Shown piece by piece: positions 1 through 11,300 of a stretch of DNA of 64,000 bases. The DNA is from Tubiluchus corallicola (taxonomy: Eukaryota > Animalia > Priapulida). A model generated the notes under the pieces. The model did no database searches and had not been told where the DNA came from. It saw nothing but the letters and a program-made list of their open reading frames with translations. Each line of letters starts with the position of its first letter. The first letter of the stretch is position 1. A program made the position numbers and the translations under genes. The stretch is taken from positions 248,001 through 312,000 of the forward strand of contig JAQGDQ010000089.1 in the NCBI GenBank assembly GCA_030141605.1, given 5' to 3'.

Positions 1-147
1 TTCTTAAGTGAAGTAGCTATTTGTGTTCAGGCCTTCTATAATAGCCTAATGGATTTTGGTAATTTTTCAAAATCGCTTCTGGGTTAAACTGATGGTCTGT
101 TTGTAATAATTTTTTTCTTGTATTATAGGACCCCTCAAAGGCTCAAA

Positions 148-655
148 CATACACAACAACCGTTTACAACTGGAAAACTGTATTTATACAGATGATGTAG
201 TTTATTTAGAAAATTGAAAGTATTACAACGAAAGTAGAAGCTGTAGTAGACAGTAATTTTCCCAGTTTGCCCTTAATTCGTAATCATTTTCATGTAGCCG
301 AAAAATGCCAATTTTTTCTATGGAATCAATGTGACTCCGCTTTTCAGTGTCGAGCGAGGATCTTGGATCAGGGAACGACTAGCCGGTCTATTGTCACATT
401 TGTCAGGACTTATTGTCCAGCGGATCTTTATCAGGGTATTTCCGCAAGTTCTGTTCCGGTCATCTTATATTAGAGATTTTCTACAGTTCTTTTGCGTTAA
501 GCAACCTTCCTTTAATCAACTCCTCGACTGCGTTTTATCACACAAAGCTTAAAAAGTTTCATCCGGTGGTAAATTGTAATGCTTTCAGTTTTCTAAATAA
601 ACTGCACCATATGTGTAAAATACAGTTTTCCAATTGTAAACGGTCGTTGCGTATG
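148..655. repeat. Imperfect inverted repeat pair of about 80 bp (148-228 and 574-655)
   Basis: CATACACAACAACCGTTTACAACTGGAAAACTGTATTT... matches the reverse complement of ...AAAATACAGTTTTCCAATTGTAAACGGTCGTTGCGTATG. Confidence 0.8.
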
Positions 656-2132
656 ATTAAGTGAAGCCTACTATATAAATAGTCGAAGGAATCCATTATT
701 ACAAACATCTGTCCATCCGTTTAATGCAGAAGTAATTATGGAAAATTACCAAAACACATTAGGCAATAGAAAGCCTGAGCAATACAGCAGCCATTTCACC
801 AAAGGAAATCCTACTCTCTGAAAATTTCAAAAATGAATGTATGTCCCCATTTAGTTGGTTTTATACTGCTGAATTTGTACAATTTCACTACACGGTTTAT
901 CCGAACCGATATAACTACTTTTATGCCTATTCAAAAAACTAACACTATTTGCAATGAAATTTATTCATTATTTTCAACATTATATTTTATTTTTAGACTT
1001 CGTTTAACCTACATACATGAGTAATGGGGGAGTATAGACAAGGGTTTGTCTGTGCAAGCTAGCCTTGTAGCGGTTATTAGTTTTAGCGTAGACAGGCTAC
1101 AGTGTTAATAGAATGAATTTTAACCAAATTAAATTTTGATTTCCTCGTGTCGTTGTGCTTGTACAGCGTCAGTTTACCATAATTGCATTTTCTCGAATTT
1201 TGATGACATATTTTCGGGTCACGTGACATGCATTCCGAACATTCCAATTCTTTGTAAATTGCGAAGTTTTGCAAAACGTTGACGCTTCGTTGTCCCACTT
1301 TCATTCAGTTCTTCATTGTTGGCGTTCTGGCAGCCTGCCAATTTCGTGATGTCCAGAGGACCAGAACTCGCTACTCTTCGTGGAATGATGAAATTGCATG
1401 AATAGTATACAGGAACTAGAATTCTATATTCCACCAAGGATGGGTGGCATTAAGGGACTGGTCTGACTGGAAAAAGAGAACATAATAAAAAGTTAATATT
1501 TGGTAAATTGTGCGGTTTCTCTTGGTAACGAGGTCCCAATACTGTATTGCCTTTTGTCGCAGTATTCCAATTTGAAGTAAGCAATTAGCGGCCTGTTGCT
1601 AAATTTTGATAGTGTACTCTTTGCGAGCATCATTTAGTCAACTTGAGTACTGTACCTAACCTAAATTGACCAAAATGGACCTAAGCTCAAACATTACTTC
1701 ACCTTTCAAAAATGATGTTGGTCATTATGCCCCCCCCCCTCCTCCAATGAAATGCTTACCGAAATATCCATGTCAGCCTTAGCACTTTAGTAAACAGAAT
1801 TGGTAGCGCCGAAATTGTTTGATAATAAGAATGAGAATAAGAAGTCACGAAAATGTAAAAGAAAACAAAAATAAGACAGAAGGGAAAACTTGATACACAT
1901 TTCGAGTATTCTTCTCATGTTGATGATCGTGAGATCACGAAAGGAAATTTGATAAAAATAAAATAACAAATTTATATATTTCATAATCTTATTATATGCC
2001 CTACCTTGTTTCAAGTGCAGCAGCCAGTGAAATAAATTCTGCTGTACGTGTCTTTTTTTAATTTAGCTATCAGTAGTGTTCACGAGTCTGGTGCTCATAG
2101 AAGCTGCAATGTCAACTTTCTACCGCTCATTA

Positions 2133-2608
2133 CCGTATTTCCCGTGTATAAGAGACCCTTTTTTGCTCAGAATTTTCGCTTTAAAAATAGGGGGTCTCTT
2201 ATACATGGGAGTAAGTCTTTTCAATAAGATGCATAAATTGTGACACGTCATTGATACGTCGGCAGAGGTCAACGAGATGAGTCAGCCTAAGCAAGGCGTG
2301 TCGCGTTCGACTATGAAGCGGTTGTAAGCAATACAAGCATCGTGACACAGGCATTATCTCCTCGTTTTCTCTTTTCCTGTTACAGGTTTGCAGGTACGCA
2401 CTTTAATATATACCAGTACTCTTTTTCTACAACACATTAACTGGTTTTATTTTGTTTTCAGTACCGCACTGAGTTGAAAAAAGTTGTACTCTACCCTCTA
2501 AAAATGTCCGAAGTTATTCATTACCAGAAAACTTTTTTCCAGAATTTTTGCCTAAAAATTGAAGGGGTCTCTTATACACAAGGGTCTCTTATACATGGGA
2601 AAATACGG
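2133..2608. mobile_element. Non-autonomous pogo/Tc2-type MITE
   Basis: TA|CCGTATTTCCCGTGTATAAGAGACCCTT ... AAGGGTCTCTTATACATGGGAAAATACGG|TA; TA target duplication; internal GGGTCTCTTATACA sub-repeats. Confidence 0.88.
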
Positions 2609-5600
2609 TAATTTTCGCCATCCGCATTCTCGACCTTTCCAAGGATTTTTTACCTGTAGAATTTATTGCAGACAGTAGAGACTACGTTTCTTATTGCAGT
2701 TTGCGTTTCACCTGCGAAGTTAATGGCTTTCGTTTGTGTGTTTGGGCACGTAATAATGGGAGCTCAGGCATTATTAGCTTCTATAATTCTTTCCAGTGCA
2801 AACTACAGACACATGCATGGTATCTTGAATTTAAGATTAGCAGCCAAGCTTGGAAATCCGATAGTATAGCACAAGTTCTAGTAAAGTGTTAATGAAGCGT
2901 TAACTTGTATACCATGCTACTCATGACCCCATCTCTCCATCGACGACTTTTCAGGGTTGTATTTTTTACCACATTATATTTTGTTACTATTTTCATGTAT
3001 TGTTTCGCTTTCTCATATAAGTTTACATGTTGTCATGGTTGGAAATGGGAGTTATATAGTAAGGAACTTTGGCATGGAAAATGTATATTCTTTTTATAAA
3101 AGTCTATATTTCTGAGTTATATTATGCCACTTAGTGGTCAGCGGCCAGGACTTCCTTTATTTGTACCAAGTACCAACTTCTTGAGCAAATTTATTGTCGC
3201 GTTTTTTGTACTATGATATAGTCATTCTGTAGGCCATGGCATAACCGCATTTTAGAAAATTCTGCTGGTCTACTAGTCCCATTATAGGCGTCTTAGGTAC
3301 TTTGGCTGGTTGTGCCAATTGTTAGAAATTCGTTTAGTTCTAAATTTTTACGGACTGCAGGTAGAAACCGAACTGGACTGGAGGCAGTGTGGTCATTAAT
3401 TTGCAATGACTTTGGACAGTCTTTGTCCAAGTTTCTTTTGGAGGTTGACTGATCGTAAACGTGCGAAGGTTGGACGGATTTCTGACTATCGAAGGAACCT
3501 TCGCATGACGCGTGACTTCCATCAAAATTCGGCGCGGCGACAGGCTTGGCCGTGATTGCTTTAATTTTAACGAGTTTATTGACCATGTTCGAAAAGTGGG
3601 GCAGAAATATTTGATCAAGTTTTAAAACCAAAATTGCAAAATTTAACTTTTGTGGACCAGCTTGTCAACATGCTTTGAAGCTTGCACATTGGCACCGAAC
3701 AGCTAAGTCTAGAGTTTTAGATTTTTGGATAACGACAAATGGTGAACCCTATATATTGATATTAAATGTACAGAGTAGTCGGATGGTCATACATTTAGCT
3801 AGATATTTCACAGTTTGCTAAATCATATGTCATATTTCATGTATCTTTGCAATTTTTTGCGTTTAGTTATATGTCATTCTTTGTTTCTTTTCTACTGTTT
3901 TATAGTTCGTTTCCAATCTGATTACTCACCATATTCCTGCTTTCTTTGGGCAGTTTCTGCTACCCAAGAAAGACTCTGTGTAATCAAGTTTTGGGTTTTT
4001 AAGTGTTCACTGTTATGAACTTCGAGGTGTCCGGAGGTGTGACGGTTCTCGCATAACACGAATATCATACATTCCACATCGCCCATACAACACTGTATAT
4101 AGTAAAATGCAAGCCATAAAGCTGTGTTCGGCTATTTAAGTATCAAATTATAGTGGTTACCACCTGTGTGTAAAGATTTATAGGCGTTTCATATTCTTAG
4201 TTTCCTATATTTTAACATTTTGCGAGATAAATACTTTAAATTTGGAATTAAATGATTCATTGCATTCCAAAATTATTTGGTGTTTGAATTGAATGCAGTC
4301 GTCTTCTCTCGCGCTGAACTTGAAATGTTTTCTTATGTGCAAATTCAAAGAAAAACCTGTCTGATAATTTAGTAAACACTTTGTGGAGTATCGACGGTGC
4401 GTGAAACTAGTTATTTTACAATGAGTCTAACAGCACGATCTAAATGTAGACCTGCACGCATCCTGCTTTTATGATGAATCTATTCCCAGGATTGGCGAAA
4501 TTCCTCAGATTTTTGAAGCTTCTCTATTAATCGTATAATTTTATCTTGTTCATTGTCAGTTGTCCTAGTTCCATGTAAGTTGGGACAGGTATTCAGTACC
4601 AACACATTGTTCTATTCAGCTATAAATATCAACTGAGAAGTTATTCTTTTACAAAATTGCAGTTTTTTCAGCATTGATTCATTATATTTCTGCAGCAGGC
4701 AGCAGTTCGTTTGTTGTAAGAGAATGTAATACAGGGGTTATTTGCTATTTTAATGTATTGCAATATATATTACAACACGTTGCATTATATGTCATATGTT
4801 TAATATATTACAATATATATATATTTGATGTATGATATAATGTATACGCTTATATAATGTTGTTTTATACAGTGTCTTTAATAACTTACATTATGTTATT
4901 ATTGAGTGTTTCGTGTAGATTTTTTGTCCGCTTTTGGACAAAATCCATTATCAATTTTTGTCGTTTCTAAATTAACTAAACGCATCAGTTTTAACTTGAA
5001 CTGACCACTTACATAACGCCGTCAACCACGTGTGAATAAATACCTGAATAAAGTTCATTTTTTCAGCTTTAATTTTTCTGTTTACAAAATTATAAAATCG
5101 ACGTATTTATTTATATTTTTGATATAATTTATTTTAAAAATATGCAAGGTATTACAATATTATGAGTATTTGTATAATATTAAGTAATATTGGAAATCTA
5201 TTAAACTCAAACTCACTATAGCCTTGTATCCATTTAAAAATTTTTGTTGCCCTTTTTTCAGTCGTAATGCAATACTGTAATTAAATGTTACTGTGGTTGC
5301 TAATTAGCTAGGATTAATCTAAATAATTGTAGGTTTTATAGTGTTCATGTTAAGCGGGTCATCATCGTAAATAGTTTGTGTTGCAGTTATTCCACGGTTC
5401 ACTGCACTCGGGGCACGCCACATTTACGTCAAATTGCTAGAATTTACGCTAAAATTTCCAGTTCTGGGAACTGTTTTTAGGCGTGCTGTGCGTTTTTTCA
5501 CGCTCGCAGTTACATCCTGTTATGTCAACTATCCCATATCGCGCGCCCTCAAGCGATGAAAGTTCACACTAGGTTCAGTTATGAGCATTATCTCGCAGAA

Positions 5601-7265
5601 AATTTATTATTATTTCAAATGCTTAAAAATTTATATATTTATTTTACTTGAGATAAAATATAATTCATGTTAACTAATTAAGTAAAGGAACTTGTGCATG
5701 CAAGAAACTTGGGATACGTTTAGTTGTTTTTACTTCTAGGTATGATTGCTGTGCTTAGACTGCATAACAATAAATCCATCGCAAATAGTATAGTTTGATT
5801 TAAGCGCAGTTTGAACTGACTTGACCATTTAACTTTCGAACAAATCTCTCACTTTTCGTGCGCCGCCTAGAATGATTACGTTTCGCAAGGATTAATGAAT
5901 TTCCCATCCCAAAGACTTTTGGCAGCGGTTGGACCAATTTAAAGAGTCAATTTTAAAGTGGATTGATTCTGGCTTCCTCAAAGGTTCAAGGGCAAGGGTT
6001 TAGGACACGTGTAAAAATGCATTGCACGTGAGACTTTAACTCCCTCTTTCCCCGTGTATTGTTTAATGCAAGAAACCCATCTGTGCCGTGGAATGAGCTG
6101 GTAGCAAGTGCCTGGGTGGACTGATACGTTATGTATGCTATTTTTTAATTTGCTGGTCTGAAAATTCATATATAATATAATCTATAATCTAAGTAAGTAA
6201 GTATTGTTATTTATCAGGGTTAGGGTAAAAATAGCACATAAAACAGTGATATAATACAAACTAACAAAACCATTATGATGTCGGGTAAATTTCAAGAATC
6301 GTGTTAAAATGGTTGGCGAAAGGGTGGCGAGCAACTAAAAGTATGTAGTGTATATGATGAAATATGCACTATTTGAACATGTACATATATGAACATGTAC
6401 ATTCGAACATGAATTGCAGCCTAATCTTTGTTTGTTTACTTGACTGCTTATTTGTCGGCTTATGTGCTGAATTACATGTAAATAGGCCATGTTGTTGACA
6501 TAGCCGATTATTTAAGGGAATAACTGCTTTCATGTCATGTTATAATCCAAACATTTCAGTTCTAATGTTCACTGATAACTTTCGTTAAATTTCCTTAAAA
6601 TTTTGTACAGTCGTCGTATACCAAAAAAACAGCGTATATTTTACTGTGAACAAAAACAAAATTGTCTACCTTTCATACTTATGATAGTTATTGTTTTAAA
6701 TAACGGCAAACTAAAAATTACTGTTATTTTTATCGCAATTCCAGTGTTTTTGGTAGCTAGACAAATTACGCTATCAGTAGATTTAAATGTTCATCTTGTC
6801 ATTTTAGTAGGTTTTTCCGTAAATTCAGCTTTTCATATAGATCTAGCGAGAGCTTTGCGTGGAATCTCCTGCGTTACAAATTTTGCTGTTTTTATAAATT
6901 TTTGAGTGTTATGTTAGGATTGTTTTACAGCTTCTCATGCAACTTCGTATAATTTTGTTTCTCTAATGACAATACAGTTACAGCTCAAAACACTAATGTT
7001 GGACAGCCTTGTTGGTATTTCGAATTTGTCTGCTATATTGAACCTTGCACTTTACAGTATTGCGTTATAAATATTTACTGTAGGTGTTTATCGCAGTTAC
7101 GTAGCGCAGGTAGAATTCACTGACGTATTCTGGTAGAATTAAATACTTCGTATATTTCAAATTCCTAGTCTGTGAGTAAGGAAGTTCCGTGATTTTCACT
7201 TTGGTGCAAAATTGCAAATATTAGAATGTGATTATATTGCTTAATGTCATTGCAAACAACGTTCA

Positions 7266-7357
7266 TGCAAATGGCAGAGAGAGGGCGGCGGGGGGGGGGG
7301 TAGAGCGGCAAATGGCAGAGAGAGGGCGGGGAGGCGGGGGATGTAGAGCGAGGGAGA
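7266..7357 (+). repeat. G-rich tandem duplication (2 x about 42 bp)
   Basis: Two copies of GCAAATGGCAGAGAGAGGGCGG...GGGG..TAGAGCG. Confidence 0.7.
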
Positions 7358-7824
7358 TTTTTGGCCTGCTTTGACACGTCTTTCAATTTCCTGTTACTTA
7401 TTACACGTGGAGTTTATAGCTGATACTAATTGTTCCTGCCGCTGTATGACACTTAAATGCAATTATTAAGCAGACAAAAAAACGTGGTAAATTTTGATAT
7501 TTACGTTCAGCACTTTCAGTTTTAATTTTCATTCTGTTGTGTTTCCTAAATCCAAAGATATGTTCTTTCATAAATCCACTAATCAATTTAATTTTCGCTG
7601 AATTCTTTTTTCTGTTTTTCAAGATCTTCTGAAGGCGATTAAAGCTTCCTTCAAGGATATTCGTATAAAATTCGTAATGTTGAATTTCTAACTGTTATTT
7701 TTCTGCATGCCCTTAATGTGCCGAATTATTGAAACAATTTCCCTTGAACTGTTATTACTGTGACTTAACTAAGCTGTGTGACTAAAAAAGTGATTAAACC
7801 AATTTATTCAGTTTTTATCAATTA

Positions 7825-7933
7825 AACAGCTGAGTGCTCACATTGCGCTTAATTAGTGATTGAAGTTGAGCATCGTGGAACCGGGTTAGTCGCTGAGTAG
7901 ATGACGTCTGGAAAACTGTCTCTGTGTAGTTTT
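7825..7933 (+). mobile_element. 5S rRNA-related SINE-like fragment or 5S pseudogene, copy 1
   Basis: GAAGTTGAGCATCGTGGAACCGGGTTAGT...TGACGTCTGGAAAAC...TGTAG-TTTT aligns by eye with the 3' part of animal 5S rRNA; shares the AACAGCTGAGTG head with 49354-49436. Confidence 0.6.
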
Positions 7934-8198
7934 CTCGTGCCGTCTCCCACATTTTACCACATTAGGGGAAGGTGCCTGTGTGCCCATAATGTGCATAGGT
8001 AAAACTACTAGTTAATAAGATATGTTTCAATCCTACCGCAAGCGTAGATCTATATTTTGCCACTGAATTTTGGATCTTGACTTGTAGAGTGCTGAACTGC
8101 ATAAAAATAAGTTTTGTTTGGTGTAAGATTTAAACAGCCCTGATTCATTTTCTTGAATTTCGTTTATTTTATAATAAATGATTTTTCTGTTTGCACAG

Positions 8199-8327
8199 GT
8201 AGCTAATGCAGCTTTCAGGAATACATTAAGTGAATCTAGTCAACAACTGAAAATTCTAGCGAAAAAAGTTGGAAAAAGCATCGAAAAAGCAAGGCCTTAT
8301 TACGAGGCACGAGATTCTGCACTTAAG
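8199..8327 (+). CDS. SH3BP5: SH3BP5 exon (129 nt, phase 0-0)
   Basis: ttgcacag|...aag|gtaatg; VANAAFRNTLSESSQQLKILAKKVGKSIEKARPYYEARDSALK. Confidence 0.9.
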
Positions 8328-11300
8328 GTAATGTCCCTTGATAATTCGTTTTTCAGTCAGTAACACTGTTACCTCCATATAAATTATTACTTGTCAAATT
8401 AGAAAGGCAATTTTGACATCTTTTGCATTTGTTTTTGTGGTACGTGCATCTTTTATTTCCTATACATTAAAACCCTATAATGAAGTTAAGGATCGCACAT
8501 TGCATCTGTTTATAAACTAAATTTCCTTTATCGACATACATATTTATGACCTGGTATTGTGTTGTGATCATAAGTTCTCATTTTGTATTTAGAACTGTAG
8601 AGCATTTTACCATAAAATGTGTTTTTCTGATATGCAAAATGGACTGTACGAGGTAATTATTTGTCTTGTTTCTTCACAGGCTCACCGGGAGGCGCAGGAA
8701 GCAGCGATAAAATACCAAAGAGCTAATGGCATCCACCGAGCGGCGAAAGAGACGATCTTTGTGGCTGAACAGCGTCTGCTCAATATGGCCGACAAACGAG
8801 AGTTTGACACGGCTTGGCAGCAGATGATCAACCATGCCACACAAAAGGTAAATGTGGGTTATCAGTCGCAAACCCCTTTAGACTATGTGAGGTGTCCATT
8901 GAAAAGGAGTGACTCTCAAAATTGTCATTCTCGCATGTCGCACATTCATGTTCAGCGTCGCATGTATAGAGAATTTGGCTTTCTCAATAGCAAAACAAAG
9001 CTCTAGTTTAAGCAGTGATCACGTGCAAAAAATTTGTAAATCTCACCATGAAAAACTCATGTAGGAAGTGTGTTACGTAAGAGTTATGCAAATTGAATTT
9101 CAATGCAAAGCTGTTATTTACACGTGTATACAGTGTCGGCACAGTGTATCACTCACTGACTTTCATGATGAATCATAAAGGTTTCCCTACAAGTTTAAAT
9201 AGGGTTTTACTGTTTCTTTGTGGGGATGAGTAACTCTGTAATAACTGCACTGTTACTGTGAAGTTTGCACATGCCTGTTTTGTACTAGTAGCTTTAACAT
9301 TATCCTCTTTCAGTGGAAATGTTTAAAACCTAACAACAATATATCTTTTGTTGGTTATTGGGTTTCAAGCCTTTCTGGTGGTGCAATTAATTGCGTCTTT
9401 TCTTAGAATTGGTCTATTTTCTGCAATAACATTTAGTCAAAATCGACCACTTGTACTCAAATTCACTCATTTATTAATTCACTTGGTCATTTAGTCACTA
9501 GTTGTTTTAGTCAAGAAGGTTAGTTTGACTAAAGGCAAGAAATCTTTCACATTTCTTCATATTTGTCCAGTCACTGTTTGGTAATTCACTCTATGAGTTG
9601 ATTGGTTGGTCTATCAGTAAAGCAAATTTAAAATATTATTCAATACAAGCAATTGTATGATGATTCTGTACTCTCTGATATTTGCTGTGCAAAAAGACAC
9701 GCATTGTTAGCTTCAGCAAGATCCTGCTTTTTATCGAGTTAATGCTTGTTTCTGTTTACTAATGACTTTGCTTGTTTACATTCGTCAGCAAACAAGCAAA
9801 CATTTGAGTGTGGTAATTGCAATTAAGATGAAATTTCAGGTCTGCAGTTAAGTTGTTAGACCGCGATTACCACGTGACTTTGGCATAACTTTAGAATTTT
9901 GCCGTCACTTCTGATCGGTTATCAATCAACAAAAGTGAACCCGATGACATCATTATAAATCTATAAGAACAAGACTGACATCTTTATTATTATGATAGCA
10001 AAGTGAAAGTTGTGGGGTTTGTGGGTTATATAAACACTGTTAACCATCACCTGTGTGTAGAGACAAATAAAACTGGCTCTGATTGTTTATCTGCCAGTGA
10101 GAAAATGAAAGCTGTTCCCTTACAAGTTCCTGATAATAGCGTCTGCAATTTTCTTATATGTAAAATCATCAGAACTTTGTTTGACCATCTAGTCAACCAA
10201 AAAGTAAACTTTCTTGGGTGTAAACTAAAGTGCAAGTTTAGTTTTCTAAGCGACACTAATCTAATATTACTCACTGTATAACATTACGTAATTTGTATTT
10301 AAAACTGATTAGTGCTTGTAAAGTATTCAAGTTGTAGGTTATTTTTTAGGCCACTTCTTAGTGTACAAATTCTTAATATTATGAAAAGTGTGATTATTTT
10401 TGTACCAACTCCATGTGTCTTTTTATTGCTATTGAACATTGATTAAATTTGGTGTGTGCTTCGGCTAATTCACAGTTAAAAAAGTTATTTTTGAACTAAT
10501 GGAATACTGTACACCCGTTATTACCTGTCCTAGCTGTATTGCTATCTGTATTTTACCACTACTTTTATTTTTAGTTAAACGAGGCAGAAATCGCCAAAAT
10601 AGTGAACGAGCGTGAGCACATGACAAAGTCGGCCATCTTTGTAGAAGCAGAGCATAGGTTGCAGAAGTTGGAGAAGGACCTCCGAGCCGCCATCAATAAA
10701 TCACGGTGACTAAATACAGAGCCATCTGGTTGTCAGCAATGTTTTTAAATATACACTTTTTACCTCAGCTTTGTACAATTGGCTCAACAGTGAAGTGTTG
10801 TAATTTTCTAGGTTTGCATCAAACAATTTTTTAATTTCACACCGAGGAATGAACCTGTTCTAGTAATGTTTTTTAAGCCAAAGCAGATAGCTAAGTTGCT
10901 GTGTAGTTTATAGATCCCATAAGTGTAGCATGTGTGTGAATGTGAAACACTGGTTTGTGTCAGTTGTAATTTAAATTTGCTTCGTTTGCAGTTGTCAAAT
11001 TTTACGTTTATATTTAGTTACTACTTCAAATACCAGCAACATAGAAGCAGCAATATTTTTAACAAAAGTACACGTGAGAGATAACATAATAAACTTAAAC
11101 AAAAGTTAGCCTAATGATAATAATTATAATGCACATCATAAATGATTATCAGCTCAGATTAAAAGATCACCTTGTAAGCTCTGAGCTGAACAGGTGATAT
11201 GGAGTAATGGGAGTGCAAAAGGTGTGTAGGTAAAACAGAAGTAATCCTAAAAGGTAATGTAAATTTGAAAATGCTGTAAGAAGGATAATGGAATTAGTGA

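Noticed and set aside
3293-3631. 112-aa and 92-aa minus-strand ORFs
   Set aside because: No recognisable domain or convincing splice context; probably repeat-derived or chance.
7600-7690. Possible upstream SH3BP5 exon after tttttcaag
   Set aside because: The translation (DLLKAIKASFKDIRIKF) does not match the conserved N-terminal SH3BP5 segment.
7825-7933. Functional 5S rRNA gene
   Set aside because: Only the 3' part resembles 5S, with many mismatches, and the 5' part is unrelated.
8191-8204. Recursive splice site (cag|GTAGCT) at the start of an SH3BP5 exon
   Set aside because: The GT is explained by a Val codon and the following bases are a weak donor; no further support.
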